A DNA stretch of 64,000 nucleotides from Octopus vulgaris (lineage: Eukaryota), in the NCBI GenBank assembly GCA_951406725.2, contig OX597816.1:26970001-27034000 (forward strand). Direction: 5' to 3'. The notes below the pieces were generated by a model. The model saw nothing but the letters and a program-made list of their open reading frames with translations, was not told the origin of the DNA and searched no databases. How positions within the stretch are numbered: position 1 is the first letter of the stretch; every line of letters starts with the position of its first letter. Shown piece by piece: positions 25,725 to 41,591 of this stretch. The position numbers were made by a program, and so were the translations under genes.

Positions 25725-26546
25725 CCCTCATCTAACCCTAGGTGCATTGAGTGGTGTCCACTTTATTGCAATCGTTCAAGTCAGATCTCTGGCTTTGAGA
25801 TGCCTTCCAACCTCCCTCCCATCAATCTCGGAGAATGAGTGAATGGTTTTAGCTCCTTTTTAGCTGAACAATAAAAAAATATTATCAAACGTACACTACC
25901 AAGTAAGTTATTCTTGATATCTTACTGTTATATAAACAGCAAGAGTGAAAAGACATGCGTGGTTTGAACTACATCTGTTGGTATAGAACATACCAAAAAT
26001 GTTTTTTTTATCTTTAAGTTACATAAAGAATCATTTTATATACTGAGTTTGCTTGGCAAGGACTTTGTTGTTAAGGCTTTGGTGTTGCACGGAGTAGGTG
26101 GAGTTGTTGGGGTGTGGTAAAATAAGCGTGACTAGAGTAGGAGAGGCGAGAAAGTCAAAAGTACATAAATGGTAGTGGCATGAGACAAAGTAATTCCGAG
26201 ATGTAGAGGCCACCGTAGTAGTATTGGTAGAAAAAGTAGAAAAGTGGAAGACGAAATATTATGGGATCAAGGATCGGAGTGTGTCGGCGAGCGATTTAGT
26301 AACAGCGCCGTATCAAATATGAGAGCAGGATTCATTATTGGCGTGCCAGACACGGTTTTGTATCTGAAAGCGAGAAGTCAATGAATGAGAGGCATAGAAA
26401 AATAGGTCTTCAACAGACTTGACTTTAGAATGAGGATATGAGAGAGATTCGGTGTTTGAGAAAGTTGTTGCTAATGGCTGTTTGCATTATTTGCTTTTTT
26501 TTTTAAATATGACATGCTATAATGTGATTTCAAAGAAAGGGTAAGA

Positions 26547-26598
<52 letters not shown>

Positions 26599-27703
26599 AG
26601 GGAGAGAGAGTAAAGTTTAACGAGGATAGGAGATAGCTCGGGAGCGCATTGATTAAGAGTAATGGAAGAGACATTATCGGGGCCGATGGCCTTGTTGGCT
26701 TTAAGCGACCGGATTGCTTTTGAACCAGGCATGTATGTGTACACGGTGGTGAGCCTAGTGAAATATGGAGCGATTGGCTAGATGCAAAGTGGGTGGCTAA
26801 TGTGAAGAGCCAATCGTAACTGAGAAAATTAATAAAAAAATCATTTGGGTAAGACAACAAAATGTTACCCGTAACTTGATATTGGGAAGAACTTACAGGC
26901 TGTGTAATACAGGAAGGCAGCCTTTGCAGTCATGGTACTAAGTAAAAAGCATTTTTCTTCTTGCAGGGAGAGCATTTTTACCAAGTGTCATTAGCTGTTT
27001 TCTTTACCGAAGCTGTCGCTGTGCAGCAATAGGCGAACCACTTGACGGACATGAAGTTGTAGATTTGGTGATGTATTGGAAGGACATATCTAAGAGGGTG
27101 GTTTCTGTCACTTGCCAGCTATCTCTGATAGGTGAGAAGCGAAGCATGAGTGTTGTAAGGGATTGTTACCATAGAACTGACGGATACAATGCGTTGAACA
27201 CTTTCATTAACAAAACGATCCCCTACAAAAAGAAAGATAGAAATATTAGCTAGCAAGATATCTTTCATTGTTACTTAATAGAAATAGACGGAAATGTTCT
27301 GACTAAATAATTTAGTTACGGACTCATTCTTTACTGCTGCGACAGTTTATATCTTGGGAATATGCCTCCTTTAATATCGATTTTATCAGAGTTGTCTCTT
27401 GTTGCTCAGATTATGTGAATTTGAGAAAATCTTAGAAGTTGATACAGAGGCACATCAGCGAGCCCTTATCTAGATTTTACTAATTTCAGTTTCGAGTTTG
27501 TGCCAAAAGTATCGCGATCGAGCCGACATCAATCTACGAAATTGCACTATTAGAATGGAAAACTCCAAACCTGAGTCTTAAATAACATGTAATTGTCGAC
27601 ATCGAGTTCTTTACACGTAGGGTATAATTTGTGTATTTTACTCGAGATCCGTTTCTATTTACTTAAACGGCCATGGATTAGGGTCTGTTACTATATATTA
27701 TTG

Positions 27704-28030
27704 TGAAGGCACGTGGCTTAGTGGTTAGAGAGTTGGACTTACAATCGTGTGGTTGTTAGTTTGATTCCAGGACAGGGTTGTGTGTTGTATTCTTGAGCAA
27801 GACACTTTATTTTACGTTGCTCCAATTCGCTCAGCTGTAGAAATGAGTTGCGACGTCATTCATTGGTGCTAAGTTGTATCGGACTTTGTTTTGCCTTGGG
27901 TAACATTGGTGCCGTTGAGTGGGGGGTGGCTGGTATGCATGGTCAACTTCTGATCTTCCACAAGCACCCTTGCTCGGACTTGTACCTTAAAGGGGAACTT
28001 CCTAGGTGTAATTCCACGGTCATTTATAAC
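27704..28030 (+). mobile_element. tRNA-derived SINE (family D)
   Basis: TGGCTTAGTGGTTAG A box, GTTTGATTCC B box, CTTGAGCAAGACACTT block. Confidence 0.7.
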
Positions 28031-28434
28031 CTTTCACTATACGTTATTAAAGTGAAACTGTAGAATCCAATGAACATAATGTATTTTGTACAATGGTTCT
28101 TAACCATTTTGGCAAATCAATGATCTTCTGTGACCCATTATTCTGATAGGGTACATTTAAGATTTAGAAGGAAAATATTCATCAGTTATTGCTTGTATGA
28201 AATGCTGTGTCGTATAACAAAGGACTCATTGTATAACATTTATGAACATTTCACATTTTATCAACAATTTCAAAGTTAAAGATTTTTTTCTCTGCAATCG
28301 TTTTAAAATCATGTCGCTACACAATTTGGATCTCGACCCAACGGATGGGAACTGGCAGGGCCCACTTCTGAAGGTATTGGTACTTTGGGCAGTTGCCCAG
28401 ACCGCCACATCATATGTTTGGGATCTTCCATATA

Positions 28435-28950
28435 CGAGGGACGTTCAATAAGTAATGCCCCTGACCCAGTTACAGTTGTTTGATCTAGCTGAAATTTTGC
28501 ATGTGCAATTATTTATATCTCTATAGAGTAAGTGGCAAATTACAGCTCTGAATTAATTGTGGTTTCTGATTTACAGGTGTTTGAACCGAGTCAAGTGTGA
28601 AATGGAGCCTGTTGAGTGTCGAGCAGTGATCCGCTTTTTATAGTTGAAAGGACGCACACCACGGGAGACTTTTGATGAAATGAAAGTAACTTATGGTGAT
28701 GATGCCCCATCATATGACCTTGTAAAACGCTGGCATCGTGAATTCAAACATGGTCAGAACTCTGTGGAAACAGCTCCCAGATCTGGTCGGCCCGCTTCTG
28801 CCATTAATGAGGCATCTGTCCGTCAAACGATGGGAGAAATGCGTAACTCAGGGTGGTTCCTATGTAGAAAAAGACTAATAACTGTGCCAAGTTTCGTTGC
28901 TCTACTGCTATGGGAATGGGTCAGGGGCGTTACTTATTGAACGTCCCTCG
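28435..28950 (+). mobile_element. Internally deleted mariner element
   Basis: TA TSD; ~30-bp TIR CGAGGGACGTTCAATAAGTAA.GCCCCTGACCCA; N-terminal HTH (RAVIRFL...APRSGRP) fused to the C-terminus (RWEKCV..GGSYVEK). Confidence 0.9.
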
Positions 28951-29519
28951 TACAAACAGTAAAATGTGAAAATAAGAAATAAAATGAAATAAAAAGAAAA
29001 TACGAAAATTTCTTGATTGGTGTCAAGATTATTTTCAGTGTATGTGAAATGTTTAATGAGTAATTTCTCATGCAGTCTATCATTTCTCGATTATTTTAGA
29101 TAAACGTTTTAGATCGGAATAACTTCGTCTTCAAACTACAGTGAGAAACTCCACATTTGTCTACTGGAGTGGATAGTCAAATAAAATTTCCAGGTAATAT
29201 AAGCAAAAATATTATGGTATCTCACACAACTCATTGAATATGTATCTTAGATAATTCACTGTCAAACACACACATACACACACACGACACTTACCCGACA
29301 TATACCTAACATCGGAGATGTTCCTTACACACACTGACATTTAACTAATATACGTATAACTCCCACCATATATCTACCTGAATTCAGCTGAGACTTACCT
29401 GTCACACAAGCAAATGTTTATTGTAAGGGTGATATCTAAATCATCCGTTATGGAAATGATATCATCATCTCAAGTCGTTGTTAATTGGTGTTTTGTTTTT
29501 TTATTTTCTTTATCTTTCC

Positions 29520-29755
29520 TCTTTTATCTCTTGTTTCAGAGTACGGCCATGCTGGAGCACCGCTTTAGAGAATTTTTAGTCGAATGAATCGACCCCAGTA
29601 CTTATTGTTTTCTAAGCCTGGTCCTTTTTCTATTGGTCTCTTTTGCTGAACTGCTAAGTTACGGGGACGTAAGCACACCAGCACCGGTTGTCAAGCGGTG
29701 GTGGGGAACAAACACAGACACAAAGACACATAAAAAATACACAGATACAAACACA

Positions 29756-29789
<34 letters not shown>

Positions 29790-29912
29790 ACAAAAGGTTT
29801 CTTTCACTTTCCGTCTGCCAAATCCACTCACAAGGCTTTGGTGGACCCGAGGCTATAGAAGACACTTGGCCAATGTGTCACGCAGTAGTTGGGATGCAAG
29901 CTTCTTACCACA
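29520..29912 (-). mobile_element. SINE family A, diverged
   Basis: Family A motifs. Confidence 0.8.
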
Positions 29913-30479
29913 CTTAGATTCCTTTTTTTTCTTTTCTAAGAATTTCTTGTTCCTAAATTGCACGAAGGTAACCTTCATGGAGAGATGTTGCATAATAGAT
30001 CCTTCTTGGCTTAAAGTACCCCCTACCACGAATGTGATAAGTATCTATGAACCTCTGTAGTAAATCTGGTTCATCCTACAAATAAAACAAGTGGACGCTG
30101 TCGGGCAGTTTCCTGCGAACAAGAGAATTTCTTAGTCTAATAAACTTTTACAGACTTTTCATTTTGCATTGTGCAGAAACGATTCGTTGAAGCTTAACCG
30201 AAAAAAGAAAAATGAAGAAAATTATTTTAACAGAAAAAGAACTGGACTTTATTTACTGTTATGCATTGTTTCGTTCTTGATGGGATGATAGACAACTCAA
30301 TGAAGGCATTGTTATTGTTTTACGTGTTTATTTACTTTACCTGTTTACACGAACTGTCAATATTCAGCGTAGTGAAACTCATTCTCTTTAGACACAGTTC
30401 GTACTGTTTACTAACAAAATCGTCCCAAGAGTGGGGGATGTGTTCTACACACGTATACCTACGTATACACATAGGTATG

Positions 30480-31400
<921 letters not shown>

Positions 31401-31677
31401 GACTTGTTTAACAATATTAAAAAAAAAAAAAAAGGAATTGTGTTAAGATACCTATTTGCCGCATCCAATACAAGATGAACCCTTTAGGAGAGGTCTCAGA
31501 TGTTGGAATCGCCGTTGTCTTGAAACTGTTCATTCATGGGTCATGGTTCATAGCTCAAGATTTAGTCATTATTCTCCAAGTGTCTGAAAGCAGCTGAATG
31601 CAAATACATTTTCCGGCGTATTTTATTTCACAGTAAAACACTTTCGTCATTTACTTGAAGGATGAAAATTTGTTATC

Positions 31678-33555
<1,878 letters not shown>

Positions 33556-33574
33556 TATACATACATAATACATA

Positions 33575-34097
33575 CCGTAAACCTTTGAATTTAGTCCGCC
33601 CTTGAGTATAATACGTAGGGGATTTTTAGGGGGCTGTACTTCTGAAAAGCCTAAACCTTGTGTATAATAAGCACCCCTTCTTCTAACTCGAGTCGTGCGT
33701 AATTAAGTCAGCAGCACCTAGTTGAACAAACACTTCCGCGCATGCGTAATACAATAATGGTGATGTTCTTAACTGTTATATGGGAATGTAAATATGTTTG
33801 CAAATTGTTTATGTTACATGTTATTCTGTGTTCTGAATACTTTTATTTTAATAAATGTTGCTTACTGCAAGTTATGAATGATTATTTTATGACATCATTG
33901 CTTTCACGCTTAGCTTAAGATATTTTCGCGCCCGACATCACAAAATGTGTCTGAATAAACATTGCCGGACAGAAAATAGAGACTCGGACATTGCTTAGAA
34001 AATACTTTTCATTTTAAACCTCGTATATAGTACGCACTAGGGATTTTGACCTTTAAATTTTGGGGAAAAAATGCGGATTATACTCGAAGATTTACGG
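33575..34097. mobile_element. pogo/Tc1-superfamily MITE
   Basis: TA TSD; termini CCGTAAACCTTTGAATTTAGTCCGC / GCGGATTATACTCGAAGATTTACGG. Confidence 0.7.
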
Positions 34098-34109
34098 TAT
34101 ATATATATT

Positions 34110-34400
34110 ATTGTTTTTACGTACTTTTGTATTTTTATTTCTGTAACATCGTCCAGTTTTCCGTCCTTGTTTTGTATACATTCGAGGCTTTCTTCCAAGG
34201 AATCTAATGCGCTTGGCTTAGATTTTCCTTTGCGGCTGGCCAGATCGGAGCAATCTCAAGATTAATAAGCCGAAATTGCGAGGATGATCCGGTTCTTGAC
34301 TGAAGATTGAAGGCTTCGAATGTCCCGTCCGTGTTTTTAGTATCGTCTCTTAAATGTTTTACGTTCTTGTCCCAGTTTTTTTTTTTTACATTTACAGATA
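34110..34400 (+). repeat. Dispersed repeat, probably Penelope-like LTR fragment (inverted copy 62430-62645)
   Basis: TCGAGGCTTTCTTCCAAGGAATCTAATGCGCTTGGCTTAGATTT shared with 62430-62645; both abut (TA)n. Confidence 0.6.
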
Positions 34401-35230
34401 TATATATATATATATATAATTAAAGGGCGGGCAACAGGCTGCTTTACCGCATACCGAAGGAATTATATATATATATATTTAAGTAGTTGAATGAATTATC
34501 CTAGTATGGATAATTCGGATAACCGGTACACGGGTAGCAAATTTTGTGGCGTCTGTAATTCCGAACTTTTCCATATACTTTTCGCCAAATTCCCTTTAGT
34601 AAATACAATGGTTGAAAAATCCTATAGGTGCATGCACTGGCAGAAACACACCTTTCACTCATATGAATGATGAGTAATATAGATAACCTCCTTGAATTTA
34701 ATAATTTGGTTCCACTTATACAACACCACCAAAGACAAATTTTTATCCTCATGAAGGACTACTACCTAATTCGTTGGGGTATGTTTTACCTTTGTCTCTC
34801 TACCTCTCCCTCCTCTCTCTCTCTCCCTCTCTCTCTCTCTCTATCGTAAGCACAATCAAACACACAGACACAAACCTGTCACTTCACCAATAGTTGTTTT
34901 TGACATCTACCCATCCACACACACAATCACGCACACACATAAACATGAATGCAGTTATATACATACACACACATAGGCACTCAATCTCATTAGAAAAAGC
35001 AAACAACAACACATCACCATTCATATGACTTGCACCCTGTCACCTTCCTATTCTTAGATCTCTCCCCTTCCAACCTTGTTTGAACTCTTGAACTTTCTAG
35101 AATCTTCTACATTCAACCATTTTTGACGTCACTGCTTAAAAGGAATATTTTAAAGAAACACTCATTATCGCTATGGACTCCGTGTGGGCAGTCATCTAAA
35201 AGTTTTTGTTCATCATGATGCTGACATAAG

Positions 35231-35329
35231 TTCCTTGTCTTTCCTGATGAGAAGGCGGCATAATGCACCCCTTATTCCTTCGAAATTAGGAATATGCAGT
35301 CTTCGAAACATATGTCGAGAATAAAGGAA
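35231..35329 (+). ncRNA. Type I hammerhead ribozyme in a Penelope-like repeat
   Basis: CTGATGA 35244-35250; helix II GAAGGC.GCATA / TATGC.GTCTTC; GAAAC 35305-35309; palindromic ACATATGT helix III; GTC site 35314-35316; helix I TTCCTT..TTTC / GAGA..AAGGAA. Confidence 0.8.
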
Positions 35330-35374
35330 TTTTGTTAAATCGTCGTTCAACTCCATTCTTTCATTTATATATAT

Positions 35375-35723
35375 AGCAGTATCGCCCGGCGTTGCTCAGG
35401 TTTGTAAGGAAATAACTATAAAGCATTTTTAGAGAGTTATAGCAAAAATAGCAAAAAGATGGAAAAAATGATGGTAAATTTTTTTGAGAGTAAAAAAGGT
35501 GGAGTTGCGTCCCCTAGACAGTTTGCGGTTTGTGTTTCTGATTCTCGACCCCATGTCGAATTTATCGATTTTTTCAGAACTGGGGGAACTTTTCAAAATT
35601 TTCGCTGCGTTAGTTTTGAATTATGACATTGGGCTATGTGTGTATCAAGTTTCATCAGAATCGGTTGAAAGCCGTGGTCAAGGGTAAAAAAACAGACACA
35701 CAGAAACACGCACAGACAAACTG

Positions 35724-35730
<7 letters not shown>
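35375..35730 (-). mobile_element. Non-autonomous Helitron related to 6757-7151
   Basis: Shared 3' segment AGCAGTATCGCCCGGCGTTGCTC...GTTTGTAAGG.AAATAACTATA. Confidence 0.7.
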
Positions 35731-35783
<53 letters not shown>

Positions 35784-36330
35784 TGAGAGAGAGAGATGAA
35801 AGTTAAAAAACAAAAAAAACAAAGGGAATGATTAAGTAGAGAATGAATGGGAATCGAAAGGGAAGAAATAAATTCCACTTAAATGAATTGAATAAATAAA
35901 GCATTAAATAAACAAGGACAAAAGAAACGAAACATCAGCAACAGCTCCCTGTCTTTAGTTTACAGTAAACTGCTCTCCGAGGCCTAACTTGAATGCTTCA
36001 CAGTCAATCACAGTTTTTAAACACTTCAATAACTGTGAACAAACAAAACAAAGCAATTAATTACCGTAACTTAATTAAATTCCAGTGTGATTTCAAAGGT
36101 AAATTTAATTATGGAAAATAGGTTCCTTTTGCTACAAAGGTTTTTGTTGATTGACAAATGCTGTATGAAAACAATACGAGTTAACTAAAGGTTAACTAAA
36201 GTTTTAATAGAATATATAATATATAACTCATGGACATCATCCGCCTGTAAAATAACAGTTAAGCTACACTGTTAAGGCATTTATTAGGTTAGTGTTACGA
36301 TGTTTTAAGCAGGGAGTATTAAAATGCTAG

Positions 36331-36491
36331 CTTCTTCTTCTTCTTCTTCTTCTTCTTCTTCTTCTTCTTCTTCTTCTTCTTCTTCTTCTTCTTCTTCTTC
36401 TTCTTCTTCTTCTTCTTCTCCTCCTTCTTCTCCTTCTCCTTCTTCTTTTTCTTCTTCTCCTTCTCCTTCTTCTTTTTCTTCTTCTCCTTTT

Positions 36492-36523
<32 letters not shown>

Positions 36524-36600
36524 TTCTTCTTCTTCTTCTTTTCTTCTTCTTCTTCTTCTTCTTCTTCTTCTTCTTCTTCTTCTTCTTCTTCTTCTTCTTC
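36331..36600. repeat. (TTC)n microsatellite
   Basis: About 270 bp of imperfect TTC repeats. Confidence 0.97.
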
Positions 36601-36851
36601 TATTATATTAGCACTACCATTGCAAAGTTATTTTGCTATGTTCATTGCATTAATTCTTTCAGGAAGGAATGTCATCATTTCCATTTGTCAATAAGTATCT
36701 TAAAGTTAAAAGAGAGATTAGTATTCGTTAAAAATCGTCAGACAGGAAGTACTGGTTTCATTCTGTTTAACTTGACTGGTTATGAATGAAGAGACAAGTG
36801 AAACACATACATACATACATACATACATACATACATACATACATACATACA

Positions 36852-36954
<103 letters not shown>

Positions 36955-37171
36955 CAATCATATACATATGGAAAATCCTGGAGGGACATTTTCTAAACTT
37001 TGGCATTAAAGAGAACGTCAAAGCACGAATTAGCAGACACTGTCAGCTTCCAAATATACCACCCTGGAAACCACAAGCAAAAGCATTCTATTGTACCAGT
37101 CTGATATTGAGAGGTCCTCAACTGTTCAACTGCTTACCTAAAGAAATATGAAATATAAAAGGATCCTCTAC

Positions 37172-37580
37172 GGATCTTTTCGGTTTGAACGGCAGTTTTC
37201 ACCCATAATTATGACCCTAGTATCGATCTATTGCATTTCAATCTGTTTTAGGTTTAAGGTTAGTTAGGGTTAGGGTTAGGGGTGGGGGGGAAGGGTATCT
37301 TTTTTTCTTCACAAATATAAATAAACCCAATCTATTTCTTAAACGAGGGACATATTCATACGGCACAGAATGCTTTTTAACTCAATAGACGTCACTGATT
37401 GGTTGAAATTGCAGAAATTGAAGAAAAAAACCAACAAATATCTTACAAACTATAGAATTTTCTCAATAAAGCCAAGAGGAAAAGATGTTTTATTAACACA
37501 TTCTACCAGTATACGAAGTTTAAAATTTTTTAGTTACCTAGAAATTATGTTAAAAACTGCCGTTCAAACCGAAAAGATCC
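37172..37580. mobile_element. Merlin-like MITE, second copy of the 16259 family
   Basis: Same TIRs; TSD TCCTCTAC/GCCTCTAC; internal TTAGGG run. Confidence 0.85.
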
Positions 37581-37992
37581 GCCTCTACTGAAACAAAAAA
37601 AAGAAAAAAATCATTGGATAAATTCGTAAAGACGATGCCAGACCACCAGTCAACCATTCAAAGATACACTCAAGAAAGGTCAGCCATCACAGACTCCAAC
37701 ATAGACCAATTTCCTGCCATAAAACGACAACAAACCATTAAAAGAATAAAAGAATGACAGATCTATACATGTGTGTGTGCGCGTGTGTGTGTGCGTGTGT
37801 GTGTGTGAGTGTGTGCGTGTGTGTGTGTGTGTGTTGTTGTGTGTGTGTATAAGAAATCACTATGACCATGAGGAACAGCAAGAATCAAAACGGTGACATG
37901 CATATTCATTCTTTATACGTTCTGTGTTTTTATTGTCAACTATCAAATACTACCACAGGCATCTCGGGTGCCTTTAGTGTTGTCCATTCTGT

Positions 37993-38479
37993 TATTACAT
38001 GGAAAAACGAGAGCATGAAAAGTAATATTTTAAAGATTATAAACCTGGAAATGTACAGAACAAGTTATTACACCTGTAAAAGTATAGGACAAGCTGTTAC
38101 TTCTTGTAAAGTAAGGAATAAGAAACATTTTACTTTGCAGTAAAGAATGCCAGTTCTTCTAATTTATCACTCTTTACAGTTCTCATCTTTTAAATTTATT
38201 GTACAAAACTGTTCAGCTAATTTGTAAGTTTGTCTAATTAGTCACTTTTTTTCTGTATTTAAAGTAGTAAATTAGTCATATTCTACTTAAATAAGTATAG
38301 TGTTATTTGTAAACTATAATATAATAAGTTTTAATATTAAAATTTTAATCTTAGTTGCAATATTTTAAGTAAAACGCTTCTTATTCTTTACTTTACTAGA
38401 AGTAATAGCTTGTCCTATACTTTTACAGGTTTATAATCTTAAGAATATTACTTTTCATGCTCGCAGTTTTCCATGTAAT
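37993..38479. mobile_element. AT-rich foldback/MITE with ~110-140-bp inverted arms
   Basis: ATTACATGGAAAA..GAGCATGAAAAGTAATATT...CCTGTAAAAGTATAGGACAAGCT is inverted at 38368-38479. Confidence 0.75.
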
Positions 38480-39329
38480 CCATGATTTTTCCAGGCATTG
38501 CTGTTATAAGATAATTAATAATGTGTCTATAATTTAAGGTTTTACCTTATAAAATACTGAAAATATAATATTTCAATTTTTTCATGTAAGTCATGATAAT
38601 ATTTCAATTTATTTCATGTTTAATTTAAATATATGTTGTGATTGAATTATTTGATATTACCCTTCCACACCAAATTAATGGCAGGGATTTGTACCATGGT
38701 GTTGGTTGCACCATGGCTCACCAAAAGTTACGAATAAGACCCCAAAACCATCAGTTACCAGGATCACCTCAAGTAGCCTAATTTTGCAAATATTAGGAGG
38801 TCACAGGAATTCATTCAACAAAAAAAATAATAATTTCCAATGATTCCAGGATTGGGGGGGGGGTTCCCCTCGTCCCTTCTTTTTTCAAAACCAAAGTAAG
38901 GGAGTTGCAGCATATTAGGAGGTCAGGGTACTTGATTCCATGCAAAAAATTCATTTGTGCTACTCATAAACCTTCTCGGTAGTTCAATTATTTGGTAAAA
39001 AGAAATACACCAAAGCAACTTAAACCGTCTAAAGGACGGGTATATTTGCTAGTTACGGATATAAATCTGAACTTGTGATCAGGGTGGAATAGCTATAAAT
39101 TTCTCAATAGTTCAGTGTAGGCGTTTTCTTTTTCATAAATCTTTGGCTTTATGGTGACATCCGTTGGGCAATTGACTTCCACTACTGTACATAGTTTCTC
39201 TTCACTGTCCCAATACACTATGTTTGATCTATTATGTTTATATATTACTGAGGTTTTCACTGGGACATCCCAGCAGTACACTTTTATATTATGAGTGGTT
39301 ATGGTCTCTGTGACAATATGGGTTCTTAC

Positions 39330-40562
39330 CTAGTATATCTGTAAATACTGTTACAAATATTCTCTTTTAATTTCTCATAGGTTTTTGTACCGAAATTATT
39401 TTTCCTTTGTAACAGTCATTAGTTAACCTTCTGCATTGAATTTCAGGTATTAACTTATCTAATTTTCTTATTTAACAACGGAATGGAGTGTCAAAGAAAA
39501 CCGTATAACTGTTGTTGGTCTTCACAAGGCAGATCACGAAGCGTCCACCATTTTCAAACTACTTGAACCATTTGGAATTTGCAGAATGTTTGTATGTATA
39601 ACACCACAAAGAGGTTCTCAGAACATCAGACTATGGATGACATTCCAAGAGAAGGTCGTCCTCGCTCTGTGAGGACTCCCAAGAAGGTCAAAGCTGTTGG
39701 AGATAGAATTCGAAGGAATCCGCCGAGGAAGCAAAAAATCATGGCTAAAGAGATGGAAGTTTCACCCAGATCAATGTCTAGGTTAATCAGGGAAGATCTA
39801 GGGATGCGTGCTTATAATTGACGTACGGGGCACATGTTAACTCTTTCATTGAAAGCGATCAGAGTGACAAGATCCAAACAGCTTCTCCGGTACGCAGGCG
39901 GTGCTCATAGAAACATCCTTTTCACAATTGTCAAAATGACAGGGTGTATGCCTAGAGCTCTTAGGAAGCTTCTGAGGTTGTCACAAAGTTCAAAGAGACC
40001 ATCACCCTACTTCAGTCATGATTTGGTGGGATGTATCTTACGAAGGGGTGACTGAGCTTCATTTATGTGATAAAAGGATGAAAACCACGGCTCGTGTGTA
40101 CATCACTAATGTCCAAGAGGGTAAAGTTAAGAGGCTTAACAAATCCTTGTTCAATGGTAAAAAAAAAATGAAGCTTCCAGCAGGACTCAGTCCCAGCGTA
40201 CAAAGCCAAGGTTACTCAGAAATTACTGTCACAGAATGTTCCTGACGTCATTAGAACGGCGGATTGGCCTTCTGAGAGTCTAGATTTGAATCCTCTGGAT
40301 TACAAACTGTGGTGAGAATTGGAAGGGATGGCGTGTGGTAAGCCACACAAAAATGTGGATTTTCTTAAGCGCGCTCTTGTCGCAGCAACGACCGATTTTC
40401 CAATTAATATTGTGTGTACTGCAATAAATGAATGGCCTGATCGTTTGAAGCGCTGCATCAACTGAGGAGGTCATTTGAATAAATTATGCAAATTTTTGTT
40501 CAGCCCACAAATACATGTTTAAAGCTTCATTTGAATGCGATCAGTAATTATCCTGAAATTCA
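39330..40562 (+). mobile_element. Degenerate maT (DD37D)-type Tc1/mariner transposon
   Basis: PREGRPRSVRT...RIRRNP.RKQK...REDLG; FQQDS; WPSES.DLNPLDY. Confidence 0.8.
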
Positions 40563-40638
40563 AGTTTTTCTTTATAACAGTATTTATGTTAGCAATAATA
40601 AATCTCTGAACAAGATGTAAACAGTAACTGAACGACAA

Positions 40639-40971
40639 TGTAAGGTATACTAGCCATCTCAATATAGCTAAGTTTTTTGAGATCAGTGACGAAAAGTTAC
40701 TGGAAAAACGATATATAAGGATTTGCATTGGGACTCCCGTCGTCGAAAACCGGTGATTTCCGTACGCCGAAGACAGGCAAATACCTAGAAACTGCAGTCC
40801 GTGCGTATCACTTAGGTTGACGAGGGAGGGATGACCACCCTTTGCAAATACCATAAGGGCACAGAAAGTGTGCCTAAAGCCAGCTGGAGACGATGTTCTC
40901 TTGGGGCTACAAGCTACAGTAACACCCACCCTTAGTGGTTAGCCATATTGAGATGGCTAGTATACCTTACA
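40639..40971. mobile_element. 333-bp element with 33-bp TGT...ACA terminal inverted repeats
   Basis: TGTAAGGTATACTAGCCATCTCAATAT.GCTAA at both ends, 1 mismatch. Confidence 0.7.
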
Positions 40972-41591
40972 GTATTTATGTTATACTAGGTATACTAAGT
41001 ATATCTTTTGCCAAATGATTAACTTTCCGACAGATGTCATTGTACTGTGTCTTGGCCGCATCATCATGTCTCATCGATAGATAATAAACGCTGTGACATT
41101 TTTGGACAACTGCTTGTGATATGGGTGATATCTTCGATGTTAACTCCACAAAGTCTGTCCTGGTCACATTTCGGTGTTTTTCCTGCAACTTTGTCGTTTT
41201 TGTGTATCAGGAATTGGTTGCTGTTTCTTGTTCCTGGATTGTAAACACACACACTCTTCAAAGAAAGAGTTAGTAATCCGGTTGTTGATCCATGATGGAC
41301 TGTTGCTGTTATACTAGAGTTTTTGCTACATATCTATGCAAGTTCTTCTGCTGACATACACTCAGCCTTTCATCTGACGATATGTGACGTTAGTACGCGT
41401 GCATGCATGTATGTATGTCTCTGCTGTATTTAATTATTTAAATTCCTCTGAAGAAGGTGCTGATTTCTAACAGAGATATAAGCTCCATCTTTGAATATAA
41501 ATAACAAAAACAATGACACATTTTGAATTTGAAAAATGTCTTGTATAATTTCACTGTTCCACTTACATATTGTATTTGTAATGTATAAATC

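Larger units (their letters stand above)
38860..41390 (-). mobile_element. Degenerate R4/Dong-like (RLE) LINE 3' region, interrupted by a maT element and a TIR element
   Basis: RLCGVNIEDITHITSSCPKMS (CCHC), YYLSMRHD, WDVPVKT...HNR.NIV.WD.EEKLCTVVEV.CP. Confidence 0.7.

Noticed and set aside
34295-34330. CTGAAGA (and CTGATGA in the 62500 copy) as hammerhead cores
   Set aside because: No correctly placed GAAA and NUH; a permuted motif at 53440-53490 also lacks proper helix closure.
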